Assembly: GCA_963702435.1 (NCBI GenBank) | Contig: CAVPCR010000002.1 | Coordinates: forward strand, 512,001 to 576,000 | DNA length: 64,000 nucleotides | Source: Candidatus Eiseniibacteriota bacterium | GTDB lineage: Bacteria > Eisenbacteria > RBG-16-71-46 > CAVPCR01 | Reading direction: 5' to 3' | In this document: one piece after another, positions 34,166 to 44,579 of the stretch | How positions within the stretch are numbered: the stretch's first letter is position 1 | Layout of the letters: every line of letters starts with the position of its first letter | The notes under the pieces: generated by a model | Databases searched by the model: none | Told to the model about the DNA's origin: nothing | What the model saw: the letters and a program-made list of their open reading frames with translations, nothing else | Program-made: the position numbers and the translations under genes

Positions 34166-35080
34166 ATGGGGAAGTTGCACGTGCTCGTCGCCGACGACGA
34201 TCCGAGCCTCCAGTTCGTGATCGCCGAGACCTTTCGCGGCGCCGGCTATGAGGTGACGACGGCTGCGGACGGCGACGAGACGCTCCAATTGCTCGCCACC
34301 GAGCGGCCCGATGCCTGCGTGCTCGATGTCGGCATGCCCGGCCGGAACGGATTCGAGCTGTGCCGGGACCTCCGGGCCCGCGAGGAGTGGCGGAACCTCC
34401 CGGTCGTGCTCCTCACGGCGCGAGGCGCCGACACCGATCGCCACTGGGGCCTCGATGCGGGCGCCGATGAGTACCTGACCAAGCCGTTCGAGCCGCGGGC
34501 GCTGCTCACCGCGGTGGCCGAGCTCATCGAGTCGCGTCTCTCGGGGGAAGAGCGCAATCCGATCACCAAGCTGCCGGCGCTCGCGAGCGTGGTGCGCCGG
34601 GCGCGCGCCTTCGGGCGCGAGGGATGTCCGACCGCGACCGCCCTCGTCGAGATCCGCACGGACGCAGCGCGCGTGCACCGGCAGAAGTACGGAGATCTGA
34701 AGAGCGCCGAGGCGCTGCGCCTGGCCGCGACCTGTCTCCGGCAGGCGCTGGCCGCCGCCGCCCTCGAGGAGGGCAACCCGATTCCGCTCCCTCTCGCGCT
34801 CGGTCACGCCGGCGACGTGAGCTACTCCCGGTTCGTCCTCGCCGGTCCGCCGGGCGCGCTCGAGTGGGCGCTCGACCGGGCCGCCACGCTGTTCGCACAG
34901 CAGGCGCCCGGGCTCTACGACCAGGTGGACAGGGAGCGCGGCCATGTCCTCGCCCGCGACCGGGACGGTGCGAGGCTCCGGATCCCGCTCCTCTCCCTCG
35001 TGGCCGAGATCGTCCCGCTCTCCTCGCTCGAGAGCGAGCTCCGGGGCGCCGGCGAGGAGATCGAACGCCGCGCCGCCTAG
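34166..35080 (+). CDS. response regulator with degenerate GGDEF-like output
   Basis: VADDD, LDVGMP, LTA, TKPF receiver motifs; NPITKLP then GHAGD replacing GGDEF. Confidence 0.85.
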   Translation: MGKLHVLVADDDPSLQFVIAETFRGAGYEVTTAADGDETLQLLATERPDACVLDVGMPGRNGFELCRDLRAREEWRNLPVVLLTARGADTDRHWGLDAGADEYLTKPFEPRALLTAVAELIESRLSGEERNPITKLPALASVVRRARAFGREGCPTATALVEIRTDAARVHRQKYGDLKSAEALRLAATCLRQALAAAALEEGNPIPLPLALGHAGDVSYSRFVLAGPPGALEWALDRAATLFAQQAPGLYDQVDRERGHVLARDRDGARLRIPLLSLVAEIVPLSSLESELRGAGEEIERRAA

Positions 35081-35207
35081 CCCGCACCGTCCCGCCACGA
35101 GCCTCGCCTCCGGTCCCGCCGCGCGTCCGGCCGCGCGATCCGGGAGCGGTTGCCGGCCTCCCCTCCCGTCGCGTAGACTCATCCGCCCACAAGGGGGGGG
35201 ATATCGA

Positions 35208-36509
35208 ATGGACTCCAAGACGATCACCGTGCCCAGGGCTGGCGAGAAGATCACGATCGCCGGTGGCAATCTCCAGGTCCCGGATCAGCCCGTGATCCCG
35301 TTCATCGAAGGCGACGGCACCGGACCCGACATCTGGCGGGCGAGCGTCCGCGTCCTCGACGCCGCCGTCCAGCGCGCCTACGGCGGCCGCCGGAAGATCC
35401 ACTGGATGGAGGTCTACGCGGGCGAGAAGTCCTTCACCAAGTTCTCGACCTGGCTGCCGGATGAGACGGTGGACACCTTCCGCGAGTTCCTGGTCGGCAT
35501 CAAGGGCCCGCTCACGACCCCGATCGGCGGCGGCATCCGCTCCCTGAACGTCGCTCTCCGCCAGCTCCTCGACCTCTATGTGTGCCTGCGCCCCGTGCGC
35601 TGGTTCAAGGGCATCCCATCCCCGGTGCTCCACCCCGAGAAGGTGGACATGGTCATCTTCCGCGAGAACACCGAGGACATCTACGCCGGCATCGAGTTCG
35701 AGAGCGGATCGGAGGACGCGAAGAAGGTCATGGCCTTCCTCGCCGAGCAGTTCCCGCAGATGCACAAGAAGATCCGCTTCCCGGAGACGACGGCGATCGG
35801 GTTGAAGCCCGTGTCACGGGACGGGACCGAACGGCTGGTGCGCGCGGCCATCCGCTACGCGATCCAGAACAAGCGGAAGAGCGTGACCTTCGTGCACAAG
35901 GGCAACATCATGAAGTTCACCGAGGGCGGCTTCCGCAACTGGGGCTACGCCCTCGCCGAGCGCGAGTTCGCGGCCGCCACCTGGACCTGGGACGCGAACG
36001 ATCGGATGAAGAAGGAGAAGGGCGAGGCGGCGGCCGCCGCCGACGCCGCGGCGGCCAAGGCGGCAGGGAAGATCACGATCAAGGACGCGATCGCCGACAT
36101 CACGCTGCAGCAGGTGCTCACGAGGCCCGACGAGTTCGACGTGATCGCCACCCTCAACCTGAACGGCGACTACCTCTCGGACGCCCTCGCCGCGCAGGTC
36201 GGCGGGATCGGCATCGCCCCCGGCGGCAACATCAACTACGACACCGGGCACGCGGTGTTCGAGGCCACCCACGGCACGGCGCCCAAGTACGCGAACCTCG
36301 ACAAGGTGAACCCCGGTTCGGTGATCCTCTCCGGAGAGATGATGCTCCGCTACCTCGGCTGGACCGAGGCCGCCGATCTCATCATCAAGGGGATGGACGG
36401 CGCGATCGCGAAGCGTGCGGTGACCTACGATTTCGCCCGCCTCATGGACGGGGCGAAGGAGATCTCGACGAGCGCCTTCGGCGATCAGATCATCGCGAGC
36501 ATGGGCTAG
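35208..36509 (+). CDS. icd: NADP-dependent isocitrate dehydrogenase
   Basis: [47 protein letters not shown] motifs. Confidence 0.98.
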   Translation: MDSKTITVPRAGEKITIAGGNLQVPDQPVIPFIEGDGTGPDIWRASVRVLDAAVQRAYGGRRKIHWMEVYAGEKSFTKFSTWLPDETVDTFREFLVGIKGPLTTPIGGGIRSLNVALRQLLDLYVCLRPVRWFKGIPSPVLHPEKVDMVIFRENTEDIYAGIEFESGSEDAKKVMAFLAEQFPQMHKKIRFPETTAIGLKPVSRDGTERLVRAAIRYAIQNKRKSVTFVHKGNIMKFTEGGFRNWGYALAEREFAAATWTWDANDRMKKEKGEAAAAADAAAAKAAGKITIKDAIADITLQQVLTRPDEFDVIATLNLNGDYLSDALAAQVGGIGIAPGGNINYDTGHAVFEATHGTAPKYANLDKVNPGSVILSGEMMLRYLGWTEAADLIIKGMDGAIAKRAVTYDFARLMDGAKEISTSAFGDQIIASMG

Positions 36510-36556
36510 CGCGGGCAGAGTGGACGGCGGAGAGCGCGGGCGGAGCGGAGATTGCG

Positions 36557-36907
36557 TCAGAGCCAGTAGAGGATCCGCCCGCAGTTCTCGCAGACCTCGA
36601 CCCGGTCCTTCCGCTCGGTCGGGGCGCCGATGTTGCGCGTCGGCAGATTCATGAAGCAGCCGAGGCAGATCTGCCCCTCGACCGGCACCACCGCCCGCCC
36701 GTAGCGGGTGCGCATGCGCTCGTAGAGGGTGAGCGTGCGCTTGTCGAGCTGATCCGCGAGCTTCTTCCGCGAGGTCACGAGCGCATCCATGTTCGTGACC
36801 TTGAAGCCCAGCTTCTTCATCGCCGACTGCTTCTCGGGATCGCGCGCCTCCTGGATCATCTCGTCCACGTCCTGGAGCGCGATCAGCAGCATGAGCGGAC
36901 CGTTCAT
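36557..36907 (-). CDS. short C4-type zinc ribbon protein
   Basis: LIALQDVD N-terminus, YERMR, CLGCFM...CENCGRILY; lacks most of the coiled coil. Confidence 0.85.
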   Translation of the reverse strand: MNGPLMLLIALQDVDEMIQEARDPEKQSAMKKLGFKVTNMDALVTSRKKLADQLDKRTLTLYERMRTRYGRAVVPVEGQICLGCFMNLPTRNIGAPTERKDRVEVCENCGRILYWL

Positions 36908-37398
36908 GCCGCCGCCCCCTCGACGATGCGCTTGAACTCCGCGAAGGTCCGGACCGCGAGCAGCTGCTGCCGAGTCGCCTCGCTGGCCACGAGCTCGACC
37001 ACCTTGCCGAGCGCGGGCAGGTAGCGGTTGTCCTTGTCCTGGTAGGGAGCGAGGATCAGAAAGACGAGCCGCACCGGCTCGCCGTCCTCGGCGCCGAAGT
37101 CGATGCCGGCGCTCGACCGCGCGAAGAGGATGGTCAGCTCGGGTACGACGAGCGAGCGGCCGTGGGGAACCGCGGCGCCGCGCCCGATCGCCGTCGGCCA
37201 GATGCGCTCGCGCTCACGGATGGTGTTGAGGATGACCCCGTGCGCCTTGACCCGTCCGCTCGCCACCAGATGGTCGACCATCTCGACGAGGGCCGCGTCC
37301 TTGTCACGCGCCTTGAGCTCGGGGAGGAACAGCTTCTCGTGGCAGTACGGAGCCAGTCCGGAAACCGCCATGGGTCTGATCATCTCCTCATCGCGCAA
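36904..37398 (-). CDS. PTS system EIIA (fructose/Ntr-type) component
   Basis: RERIWPTAIGRGAAVPHGRS (phospho-His), GIDFGAEDGEPVRLVFLI; start approximate. Confidence 0.9.
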   Translation of the reverse strand: MRDEEMIRPMAVSGLAPYCHEKLFLPELKARDKDAALVEMVDHLVASGRVKAHGVILNTIRERERIWPTAIGRGAAVPHGRSLVVPELTILFARSSAGIDFGAEDGEPVRLVFLILAPYQDKDNRYLPALGKVVELVASEATRQQLLAVRTFAEFKRIVEGAAA

Positions 37399-37428
37399 CG
37401 CACGACCATCCGATACATGGAGCCTCGC

Positions 37429-37457
37429 AGTATAGGCAATGCCTCCGGCGCGGTCAA
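37429..37457 (-). promoter_or_regulatory. sigma70-type promoter for EIIA-zinc ribbon operon
   Basis: TTGACC-17nt-TATACT. Confidence 0.6.
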
Positions 37458-37653
37458 TGCCCCGCGCCGGCCGCGGAACGCCGCACCCTCACCCGCTCCA
37501 CGCGGGCCGCTCCTCCCCCCCGCCGCCGCATGCCGCCTGCACGACGACCGTGCACCATGCATGTCCGCACTCGGACCGGGCCCCCACGGGTCCGCCGCCG
37601 CCCCGCCCGCCGCCGGAACCGCAACGGCTTAGCACGGCGCCGGGACCGCCTCC

Positions 37654-37668
37654 TGGCATGCCGCTTGC
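37654..37668 (+). promoter_or_regulatory. sigma54 (-24/-12) promoter
   Basis: TGGCAT-GCCGC-TTGC, near consensus TGGCAC-N5-TTGC. Confidence 0.55.
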
Positions 37669-37779
37669 CCATCCTGACCGGGGCGATTGGCGCCGGGCAG
37701 ATCCGGGGTTCGCCGGCCGACGGGCCGCGCCATGGCCCGCCGCACACCCTGCATCGCATCCCGGTCCGCGGAGGTGCCC

Positions 37780-39174
37780 GTGGTCGAGAAGTGGAGGATC
37801 CCCGGCCGGAGTCACGCGCTCGTCGCCATCGGCGTGGCGCTCGTCGCGAGCGCCGGCGCGGAGCCGGCGGGCGCCGCCTTCGAGACGGCACGCCGTTCGG
37901 CCATGAGCGACGTCATCACCGTCCGCGAGGGCGGCGGCGGCGGCACGAACGTGGCCTTCCGCGCCATTCCCGTCCCGGCCGATCGCCCGCGCCTCGTTCC
38001 GCTCCCCCTCGGTCTCGCCCAGCTCGCCGCACAGCCGCCGGTGTTCGACATCGAGAGCCCCGACTTCTCGGCGCTCGCGCTGGCCGATCGCCTGATCCTG
38101 AACCCGCCGGACGACCTCCGGCTCACCTCGCCGCCGACCGGCGAAGACGCGGCGATCGAGGTGCACCTGGCCGAGGACGAGATCGTTCTCGACTTCGGAT
38201 CGGCACGCGATCTGGTCCCGAGGGAAGCGGTCGAGAACGGAGGCCGCTTCGCCGCCGACCTCGTCACGACGCGGGTGGGCGGCGTCGACTTCGGCGTCAC
38301 CCCGCTCGTCATCGAGACCTCGACCGTGGCGCTCTCGACGGACCTGACCGCAGCGCTCCGCGATCGAGTCCCGCTCGCGACCACGGGTGTCTACACGCTC
38401 GACACGGAGATCGAGGCCCTGGCGGCCCTCGCCCTCGGCGTCACCTATGCCCGGCAGATCGCCGGGCCGGTCATCGTCGCCGAGCCGGGCCTCCCCTTTC
38501 CCGACCCGCCCGGCTTCCGCGTCTACGCCGGCGGCGGTGCCAAGCTCCTCCTCGGCGGCGCCTATTTCGCCTCGACCCTGCGCGCCGCGGTGCTCCCCCG
38601 GTCACCGCTCCTCGATCCCGACGATCCGACCGATGTGGACGTGAGGGGGGAGCTCCTGACCTCGATGCCGCAGAGCCTCGGGACCGCCGGCCAGGGCGTG
38701 TCCTTCGACCTCGGCCTGGCCGCGGTCCACGGCGAAGACTGGGAGATGGGGCTCGGGGCCACCGATGTCGCGGGGTGGATCCGCTGGCGGGCGAACCGGG
38801 ACGAGATCCGCGCCGATGCGGACGGCGATCTCGCCGCGGTGCGCGTGGCGAACGAGGTGAGTCACACGAGCCACCTCACTCCGCAGATCGCCGCCAACGT
38901 CGCCCGGCACTTCGATCGGCGCCGGCTCACCCTGGCCGCCGATGTGCGCCGCGGCGTCGACGGCACGAGCTGGCATCTCGGCGCCGAACGCACGCTCGGG
39001 CGCTACGCCGTGCGCGGCGGCGCGCTCGTCGACGCGGGCGGGCGCCTCCAGGCAAGCGCCGGGGGCGGCGTGCGCATCGGGCGCGTCGGCATCGACTCGG
39101 CGCTCTACACGCGGAGCGCCAACCTGGTGGGCGACCGGGCACTCATGCTCGGCTTCTCGCTCGCCATCTACTGA
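37780..39174 (+). CDS. putative outer-membrane beta-barrel protein (FadL/TraF-like?)
   Basis: Signal peptide, amphipathic strands, G.SFDLG motif, C-terminal LGFSLAIY; GGAGG RBS and GTG start. Confidence 0.65.
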   Translation: MVEKWRIPGRSHALVAIGVALVASAGAEPAGAAFETARRSAMSDVITVREGGGGGTNVAFRAIPVPADRPRLVPLPLGLAQLAAQPPVFDIESPDFSALALADRLILNPPDDLRLTSPPTGEDAAIEVHLAEDEIVLDFGSARDLVPREAVENGGRFAADLVTTRVGGVDFGVTPLVIETSTVALSTDLTAALRDRVPLATTGVYTLDTEIEALAALALGVTYARQIAGPVIVAEPGLPFPDPPGFRVYAGGGAKLLLGGAYFASTLRAAVLPRSPLLDPDDPTDVDVRGELLTSMPQSLGTAGQGVSFDLGLAAVHGEDWEMGLGATDVAGWIRWRANRDEIRADADGDLAAVRVANEVSHTSHLTPQIAANVARHFDRRRLTLAADVRRGVDGTSWHLGAERTLGRYAVRGGALVDAGGRLQASAGGGVRIGRVGIDSALYTRSANLVGDRALMLGFSLAIY

Positions 39175-39229
39175 TGACCAGGGGACCGGAACACCCATGA
39201 GAACCGACCAGGCCCCTGAGGACCGACCG

Positions 39230-39853
39230 ATGACCCGAGCACTCGACCTCCGAACGACCGCTCTCGCCGCCGGCGCGCTTGGCCTCGGCGCCCTCCTCCT
39301 CGGCGCGGCCGGGCTCCTCCTCGGCGGCTGCGGTGGCAACGAAGTGGCCGTAACCGTCGACCTGCTTTCCTTCGTCCCGGCGGCGAGCCGCAGCGACGAC
39401 TACATGATCCCGCCGGGGGTGTTCACTCCGCCCGTGGCCCTCGAACCCCAGCTCGTCACGCTCGGCGAGTCACTGGCCGAGCGCGTGGACATGGAGCGGG
39501 TGGCGGTCAACTTCGTGGTCGATTTCGAGGGGGAGGCGGCGAGCGGGGCCGGGTCGGCGGAGGTCGCGCTCTACCTGGCCGCCCTCGACTCGACGAGCCT
39601 CAGCAACGCCATCTACCAGAGCCCGCCGATCTACACGGGGCGGCTCGATGTGGCGGCCGGCACCAGGCGCGTCCTCACCGGGGCGCTCGAGGCCACCGCC
39701 GAGAACGGGCTCCTCCCCATGTTCCAGGGCGGCGACTTCGTGCTCGGCATCACCATCTCCTTCGACGCGTCGGCGGCCACGGCGCCGCTCAGCGGGCAGT
39801 GGACCATCCAGCAGATCGACGCGCTCATCCTCGGGCGGACCGATCCGCTCTAG
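39230..39853 (+). CDS. hypothetical lipoprotein
   Basis: Hydrophobic signal ending LLLGGC; beta-rich body; start may be 39197. Confidence 0.7.
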   Translation: MTRALDLRTTALAAGALGLGALLLGAAGLLLGGCGGNEVAVTVDLLSFVPAASRSDDYMIPPGVFTPPVALEPQLVTLGESLAERVDMERVAVNFVVDFEGEAASGAGSAEVALYLAALDSTSLSNAIYQSPPIYTGRLDVAAGTRRVLTGALEATAENGLLPMFQGGDFVLGITISFDASAATAPLSGQWTIQQIDALILGRTDPL

Positions 39854-39874
39854 CCGGCGCCGCCGCGGCGGGGG

Positions 39875-42385
39875 CTAGCGATTGCGGCTGCCCCCGGCCG
39901 AGTCGGTAGCCGCGGTCCTCTTCTTCCCGAAGAGCCGATCGAGGCCGCGAGCCGCCTCCTCGACCACCCGGTCGAGCTGCTTCGCGCTCTCGGCGTCGAG
40001 CTTCTCACGCACCTGCCGCCCGACCTCGGCGGCCAGACGCTCCTCGATCTGTCGCGTGTCCACGCGCACCCGGGGCTCGCGGATGGTGCCCCCGATCGCG
40101 AAGTCGACGGGAACCCGCCCGCTCTCGTCGGTCAGGGCCGCGACCCAGTCCTCCCGGCGCCGGATCTCCGGCGGCAGATAGCGTACCGGGAGGAGGGCCG
40201 AGACCGCGTAGTCGAGCGTCCCGTCGAACCCCACCGATCCCGCGAGCTCGAACTCGCCCGCCCGCGCGCCGGCGATCCTCGCGTCGCTCAGATGCACGCG
40301 GCCCTGCTCGACGCGAAAAACGGCGGCCAGTCGCTGAAATTCAATGTAATCGCCGCCGGCGGCGAGGAGCCCCATCCGGCCGGCGACGAGCCCGAGCGGG
40401 CCGCGCAGGGCGAGCCGGCCGTCGGTCACGGTCACGTCGCCGAGCGCCGTCAGGAGCGCAACCGGCGGCGTGGCGCCGGCCCTGATCCCGCCCAGGTCGA
40501 CCCGCGCATCGAGGCGGCCGGAGACGAGGTCCGCGAGCGGTGTGGTCGCCGCGAGGAGGGCCGCCGCCTCGGCGCCGCGCACGACGAGGTGCGAGCGGTA
40601 GCGGAGCGAGTCCGGAGCGCCGAGATCGATCGCCAGGTCACCCTCGAGCCGGCCGCCGAGGAGCGTCGCCCGCACCTGATCGGCACGGAAGCCGCTGCGG
40701 TCGAGGTCGAGGAGGAGCGTCGCGTCGCGGGCGCTGAGTCCCCGCACGATGAGCTCGCGCGCGCCGAGCGTCCCGCGGAGCGGCAGGAGGGGCGGAGCTT
40801 CCCGCCCGCCCGCCGGGGCCGGCGCCGGCGCCGGCCCCGCCGCCCCGGGCGCGCCGGCCGGCCGGGCGAGGAGCTCGTCCAGGTCGAGGCGATCGGCGCG
40901 CAGCGCGACGTCGAGACGCGGCGGATCGAGGCTCGCCAGGGTGATGCGGCCGGCGAGATCGGAACGGCCGAGCACCACCCGGAATGGCTCGCACGTCGCC
41001 TGCCGCCCCGCGCAACGGGCCGTGAAGGCGAGATCCGTGACCGGCACCGGGAGACCGGGCAGGCGGCCCGCGATCGAGTCCCCGGTCACCGTTCCGGACA
41101 GCGCGAGCCCCCGCGCGAAATTCGGCGCCCTGGTCTCGAAATCCACGTCGACCGCGATGACGCCGCGCTCGAGCGTCGTGCCCGGCACGAGCGGGAGGAG
41201 CGCGGCCAGATCGGCGAGCCGGACCCGGCCGCGGAGCCGGCCCGCAACCGCCGGGCGCGCATAGTCGGTGACCGCTGCGCTCGCCGCGAACGGCGCTCCG
41301 CTCACGGCGCCATGGAGGTCGCTGATGGCGAGCCCGGTCCGGGTGAAGACGACGTCCCCGGAGAGCGCGGTCACGAGCGGAGCGGGCTTCCCCGGCGGCG
41401 TCACGTCCACGCCGGCGAGCGTGAGCACGCCCTGGATCGCGGGCGCCGCGAGCGGGCCGCGCACGGTGGCCGTCAGCCGGGCCTGACCAGCGACCTCAAA
41501 CCCCGCCGGGAGCGAGCGACCGAGAAGCGAGAGCACCCTGGCCGGAGCGAAGTCGCCGGAGGTGATCGCGAGATCCACCGTCGCCGTCGTGCTGCTACCG
41601 GCCGCTGCCGGCGGCGTCTCGATGCGGCCGTCGGCACGAAGCTCGATCGCGGCGAGGGAGAACGCGCCCCCGCGCACGAAGGTCATCCCGCCGGCGGGCG
41701 CATGGACGAGATCCACGCGGAGCCGAGCGGGGAGCGGGCCATACGCGGCGCCGCCCGCGCCGGTCATGTCGGCGCGGAGGCCGCCCGCCGCCAGGTCAAT
41801 GCGGAGGCGAAGCGTGTCCGCCTCGATGCGCGCGGCGAGATCACCGCCGAGGTCGGTCACCGTGATCGTGGTGCGCTCGCGCTCGTCCACGTAACGGAGC
41901 GTGCCGCCGGTGATCCGCGCGGCGGGCACCGCGAGGAGGAAGGCGCCGCTCCGCCCGCCGGCGTGGCGCGGAGTGGCGGCTCCGGGTGGCGCCCCGATCG
42001 TCGCATTCAGCACGCCCCGCGCGTCCTTCACGAGGACGAGATCCGGGCGCACCAGCACGAGGCGGGTGACGCGGACCTGGCGCCGGAGGAGCGGCAGGAT
42101 CTCGACCCCCACGTCGAGATGGGCGAGGCGGAGGAGCGGCTCCTCGCCGGCGCGCTGCGGATTCGTGAGGCGGACGCCGTCGAGCTTCACGGCGAGCCCG
42201 GGCCGGGCGAGACCGAGGTGCACCCGCTCGATCTCGAGGTCGTAGCCGCTCGCCTCCTTGGTGTGGGCGACGGCGGCCGCCTCGAGGCGTGCCGGGGAAA
42301 AGGCGATCCTGAGCGCGAGCAGCGCGCAGGCGGCGAGCGCGACGAGAATGACCAGCACGATGAGAACACGGCGCGGAATCGGCAA
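39875..42385 (-). CDS. AsmA family protein
   Basis: N-terminal TM, VEILPLLRRQVRVTRLVL.RP, LDLDEL, GSVGFDGTLDY, GGTIREPRV motifs. Confidence 0.85.
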   Translation of the reverse strand: MPIPRRVLIVLVILVALAACALLALRIAFSPARLEAAAVAHTKEASGYDLEIERVHLGLARPGLAVKLDGVRLTNPQRAGEEPLLRLAHLDVGVEILPLLRRQVRVTRLVLVRPDLVLVKDARGVLNATIGAPPGAATPRHAGGRSGAFLLAVPAARITGGTLRYVDERERTTITVTDLGGDLAARIEADTLRLRIDLAAGGLRADMTGAGGAAYGPLPARLRVDLVHAPAGGMTFVRGGAFSLAAIELRADGRIETPPAAAGSSTTATVDLAITSGDFAPARVLSLLGRSLPAGFEVAGQARLTATVRGPLAAPAIQGVLTLAGVDVTPPGKPAPLVTALSGDVVFTRTGLAISDLHGAVSGAPFAASAAVTDYARPAVAGRLRGRVRLADLAALLPLVPGTTLERGVIAVDVDFETRAPNFARGLALSGTVTGDSIAGRLPGLPVPVTDLAFTARCAGRQATCEPFRVVLGRSDLAGRITLASLDPPRLDVALRADRLDLDELLARPAGAPGAAGPAPAPAPAGGREAPPLLPLRGTLGARELIVRGLSARDATLLLDLDRSGFRADQVRATLLGGRLEGDLAIDLGAPDSLRYRSHLVVRGAEAAALLAATTPLADLVSGRLDARVDLGGIRAGATPPVALLTALGDVTVTDGRLALRGPLGLVAGRMGLLAAGGDYIEFQRLAAVFRVEQGRVHLSDARIAGARAGEFELAGSVGFDGTLDYAVSALLPVRYLPPEIRRREDWVAALTDESGRVPVDFAIGGTIREPRVRVDTRQIEERLAAEVGRQVREKLDAESAKQLDRVVEEAARGLDRLFGKKRTAATDSAGGSRNR

Positions 42386-42460
42386 GAGCGATCTTCCCCC
42401 CACCGTCCGGTCCGGGAGACGGCGGCTGCGCCGCCGTCCTGGCGCGCGCGTGGAGCATAG

Positions 42461-42502
42461 CAAACGCGAAGGGGCGAGCCGCGGACCGGCTCGCCCCTCC
42501 GC
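42461..42502 (-). terminator. putative intrinsic terminator after peptidase
   Basis: GGGGCGAGCCG-loop-CGGCTCGCCCC hairpin followed by TTCGCGTTT on the minus strand. Confidence 0.5.
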
Positions 42503-42525
42503 CTACCGTCCGGGAGTGATGCCGC

Positions 42526-44439
42526 TCATCGCATGATGAGAAGCCGCGTCTCCGCGTTCGCCGCGCCGGAGACGGCCCGCACGAGATACACGCCGCTCGG
42601 GAGCGCCTCACCGCGCGCGTCACGACCGTCGAAACCGATCCGCTGCTCGCCCGCGGTCAGGAATCCCGTCGCGAGCGTCCGCCGCACGCGCCCCGCCACG
42701 TCGATCACCGCGAGTTCGACCGGGCCGGCTGCGGGGAGCGTGAGCCTGAACTCGGTCCCTGCCGCGAGCGGATTGGGGGTCGCGCGCACCGCGAGCGCGT
42801 CGAGGCCGGGCGCCCCCGTTTCCGCCACGCCCGCCGCCGCCCGCACGGTCACCTGGAAGGGATGCACGGCGCGCACCAGGCCGCCCTGCTTCAGGGTGAG
42901 CTCGAAGGCGATCACGTGATTGTTGGGCGCGCTCGGGAGCACGAAGAACTCGAGCGGATCGCCGGCGTTCGAGCCGCCTTCGAGCGACGGCACCGCCGGG
43001 AACGGCTCTTCCGGCACCGCGATCGTGACGTAGGGATCGTTCGATGCGAGCGCCACGGTCAGGTCGGTCGCCGTGGCGCCGAGCCCGTAGTTCGCGACCT
43101 CGACGACGACCGGCGAGGTCGCTCCGGCCGGCGCCTCCGGGCCGGCAAGCACGGAGGTGAGGACGGCGCGCGCCCCCGCGATCCACGCCCAGTAGAGGTT
43201 CGGCCCCCGGTTGAGCTCCGCCAGCGGGAAGATCCGGGTCGGCGGCGGCCAGAACCCGTCGCCCTGCGTGCCGACCTCGGGCGTGAAGGCGAAGACCTTG
43301 TTCTTCTCCACCTGCTCGCCGTAGCTCCAGTCAACGGCGTCGCCGTTGGTCGCGTACTGCACCGTCTGCCAGCAAGTACCGACGAGGAAACCGTTCATGG
43401 CCGAGATCTCGGACCCGTAGAACTGAAAGAGCGTGAAGTCCGGCTCGGGCGGGTAGGTGTTGTTCGCATACCCGAAGGGATGGATCTCGTAGTTCCCGTA
43501 CGTGTGATAGTGGAAGGCGGTCGTGATCGTCCGCCCCTGATGGAAGGCGCGGATCGCGGAGGTCTCCGGCTCGGAGAACGGCGCCGGCCCGCGGTAGAGG
43601 TCGGAGCTCGGCGTCGGGCTCGAACCCTGGTTGTCATGGCCCCAGCGGAAGCTGTAGTTCCGGTTGAGATCCACGCCGTACACCCCGCCGCCGTTCACCC
43701 GGCGGTTCTTCCGCCACATGCCGCCGCCTGCAGGATCGGTCGCGCGGTTCCGTTCGTAGCCGTCGGGGTTCACCGTCGGGACGAAGTACATCTCCCGCTC
43801 GTTCACGAGATAGGTCACCTCTGGATCGGTCCCGTAGTTCTCGAGGAGATAGAACATGTAGTAGACGAGGACCATCATCCCCTCCGGCTCCCGCGCATGC
43901 GTGAGCGCCGTGTAGAGGATGGCCGGCTCGCCCTCGTTCTGGTCCGGCTGGTCGGAGATCTTGACCATCCAGACGTCGCGCCCCTCGTGCGACAGGCCGA
44001 GACTCTGCTTGGCCGTGATGAGCGTCGGGTAGTCGGTCCGCATCTCGTCGAGCTTGGCCACCACCTCGCTCCAGATGTAGTACCCACCCATCGAGCCGAA
44101 CCCGAATCCCGGCGTGTCGCCCGGATCGGCGTCGCCCCACAGCGCGCGCTCGGCCGCGAGCCGCGCCGCGTAGAAGCTCTCGAGGTCGGCGATCTCGACC
44201 TCGTAGCGGATCCCGGCCCGCTCGAGCGCCGCGATGTCCCAATCGCTCGCCGCGAGCACGACCTGGTCGCCCTCGCGCGTCACGTGGTCGAGCGCGAGAC
44301 CGAGGGAGGCGAGACCCGGTGCATCCGCCGGCACGCGCACGAGCTGGGTGGCCGCGTGGGCGGCTCCGGACGAGAGAGCGAGGCCGGCGAGAACGCCGAG
44401 CACGAGGCCAGGGACGAAGAGGCGAGCTGCCCTCATCAC
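42526..44439 (-). CDS. M14 zinc carboxypeptidase (carboxypeptidase T-like) with FlgD/T9SS-like C-terminal domain
   Basis: THAREP, NPDG, WRKNRR, GVDLNRN, FSEPET, YHTY, TPEVG motifs; LPSGVYL tail. Confidence 0.92.
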   Translation of the reverse strand: MMRAARLFVPGLVLGVLAGLALSSGAAHAATQLVRVPADAPGLASLGLALDHVTREGDQVVLAASDWDIAALERAGIRYEVEIADLESFYAARLAAERALWGDADPGDTPGFGFGSMGGYYIWSEVVAKLDEMRTDYPTLITAKQSLGLSHEGRDVWMVKISDQPDQNEGEPAILYTALTHAREPEGMMVLVYYMFYLLENYGTDPEVTYLVNEREMYFVPTVNPDGYERNRATDPAGGGMWRKNRRVNGGGVYGVDLNRNYSFRWGHDNQGSSPTPSSDLYRGPAPFSEPETSAIRAFHQGRTITTAFHYHTYGNYEIHPFGYANNTYPPEPDFTLFQFYGSEISAMNGFLVGTCWQTVQYATNGDAVDWSYGEQVEKNKVFAFTPEVGTQGDGFWPPPTRIFPLAELNRGPNLYWAWIAGARAVLTSVLAGPEAPAGATSPVVVEVANYGLGATATDLTVALASNDPYVTIAVPEEPFPAVPSLEGGSNAGDPLEFFVLPSAPNNHVIAFELTLKQGGLVRAVHPFQVTVRAAAGVAETGAPGLDALAVRATPNPLAAGTEFRLTLPAAGPVELAVIDVAGRVRRTLATGFLTAGEQRIGFDGRDARGEALPSGVYLVRAVSGAANAETRLLIMR

Positions 44440-44509
44440 TTGTTCTCCTTGCGAAGACTCGAGTACAACGAGGCTGGCCGGGGGGCAAAAGGAGGGGGGA
44501 CTTCGACAT

Positions 44510-44539
44510 AGTGTAGCGCGGGCGATGCCGCGCCGTCAA
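44510..44539 (-). promoter_or_regulatory. sigma70-type promoter
   Basis: TTGACG-18nt-TACACT. Confidence 0.45.
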
Positions 44540-44579
44540 ATCGCCGTGCCCGGCGCGCGACGCGAGATGCGCGGCGACG

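Noticed and set aside
31315..34167. N-terminal ~950 aa of the 1320-aa minus-strand ORF, suggesting a giant GT9 fusion
   Set aside because: Antisense to the histidine kinase; the real GT9 starts at TTG 31314 with an RBS
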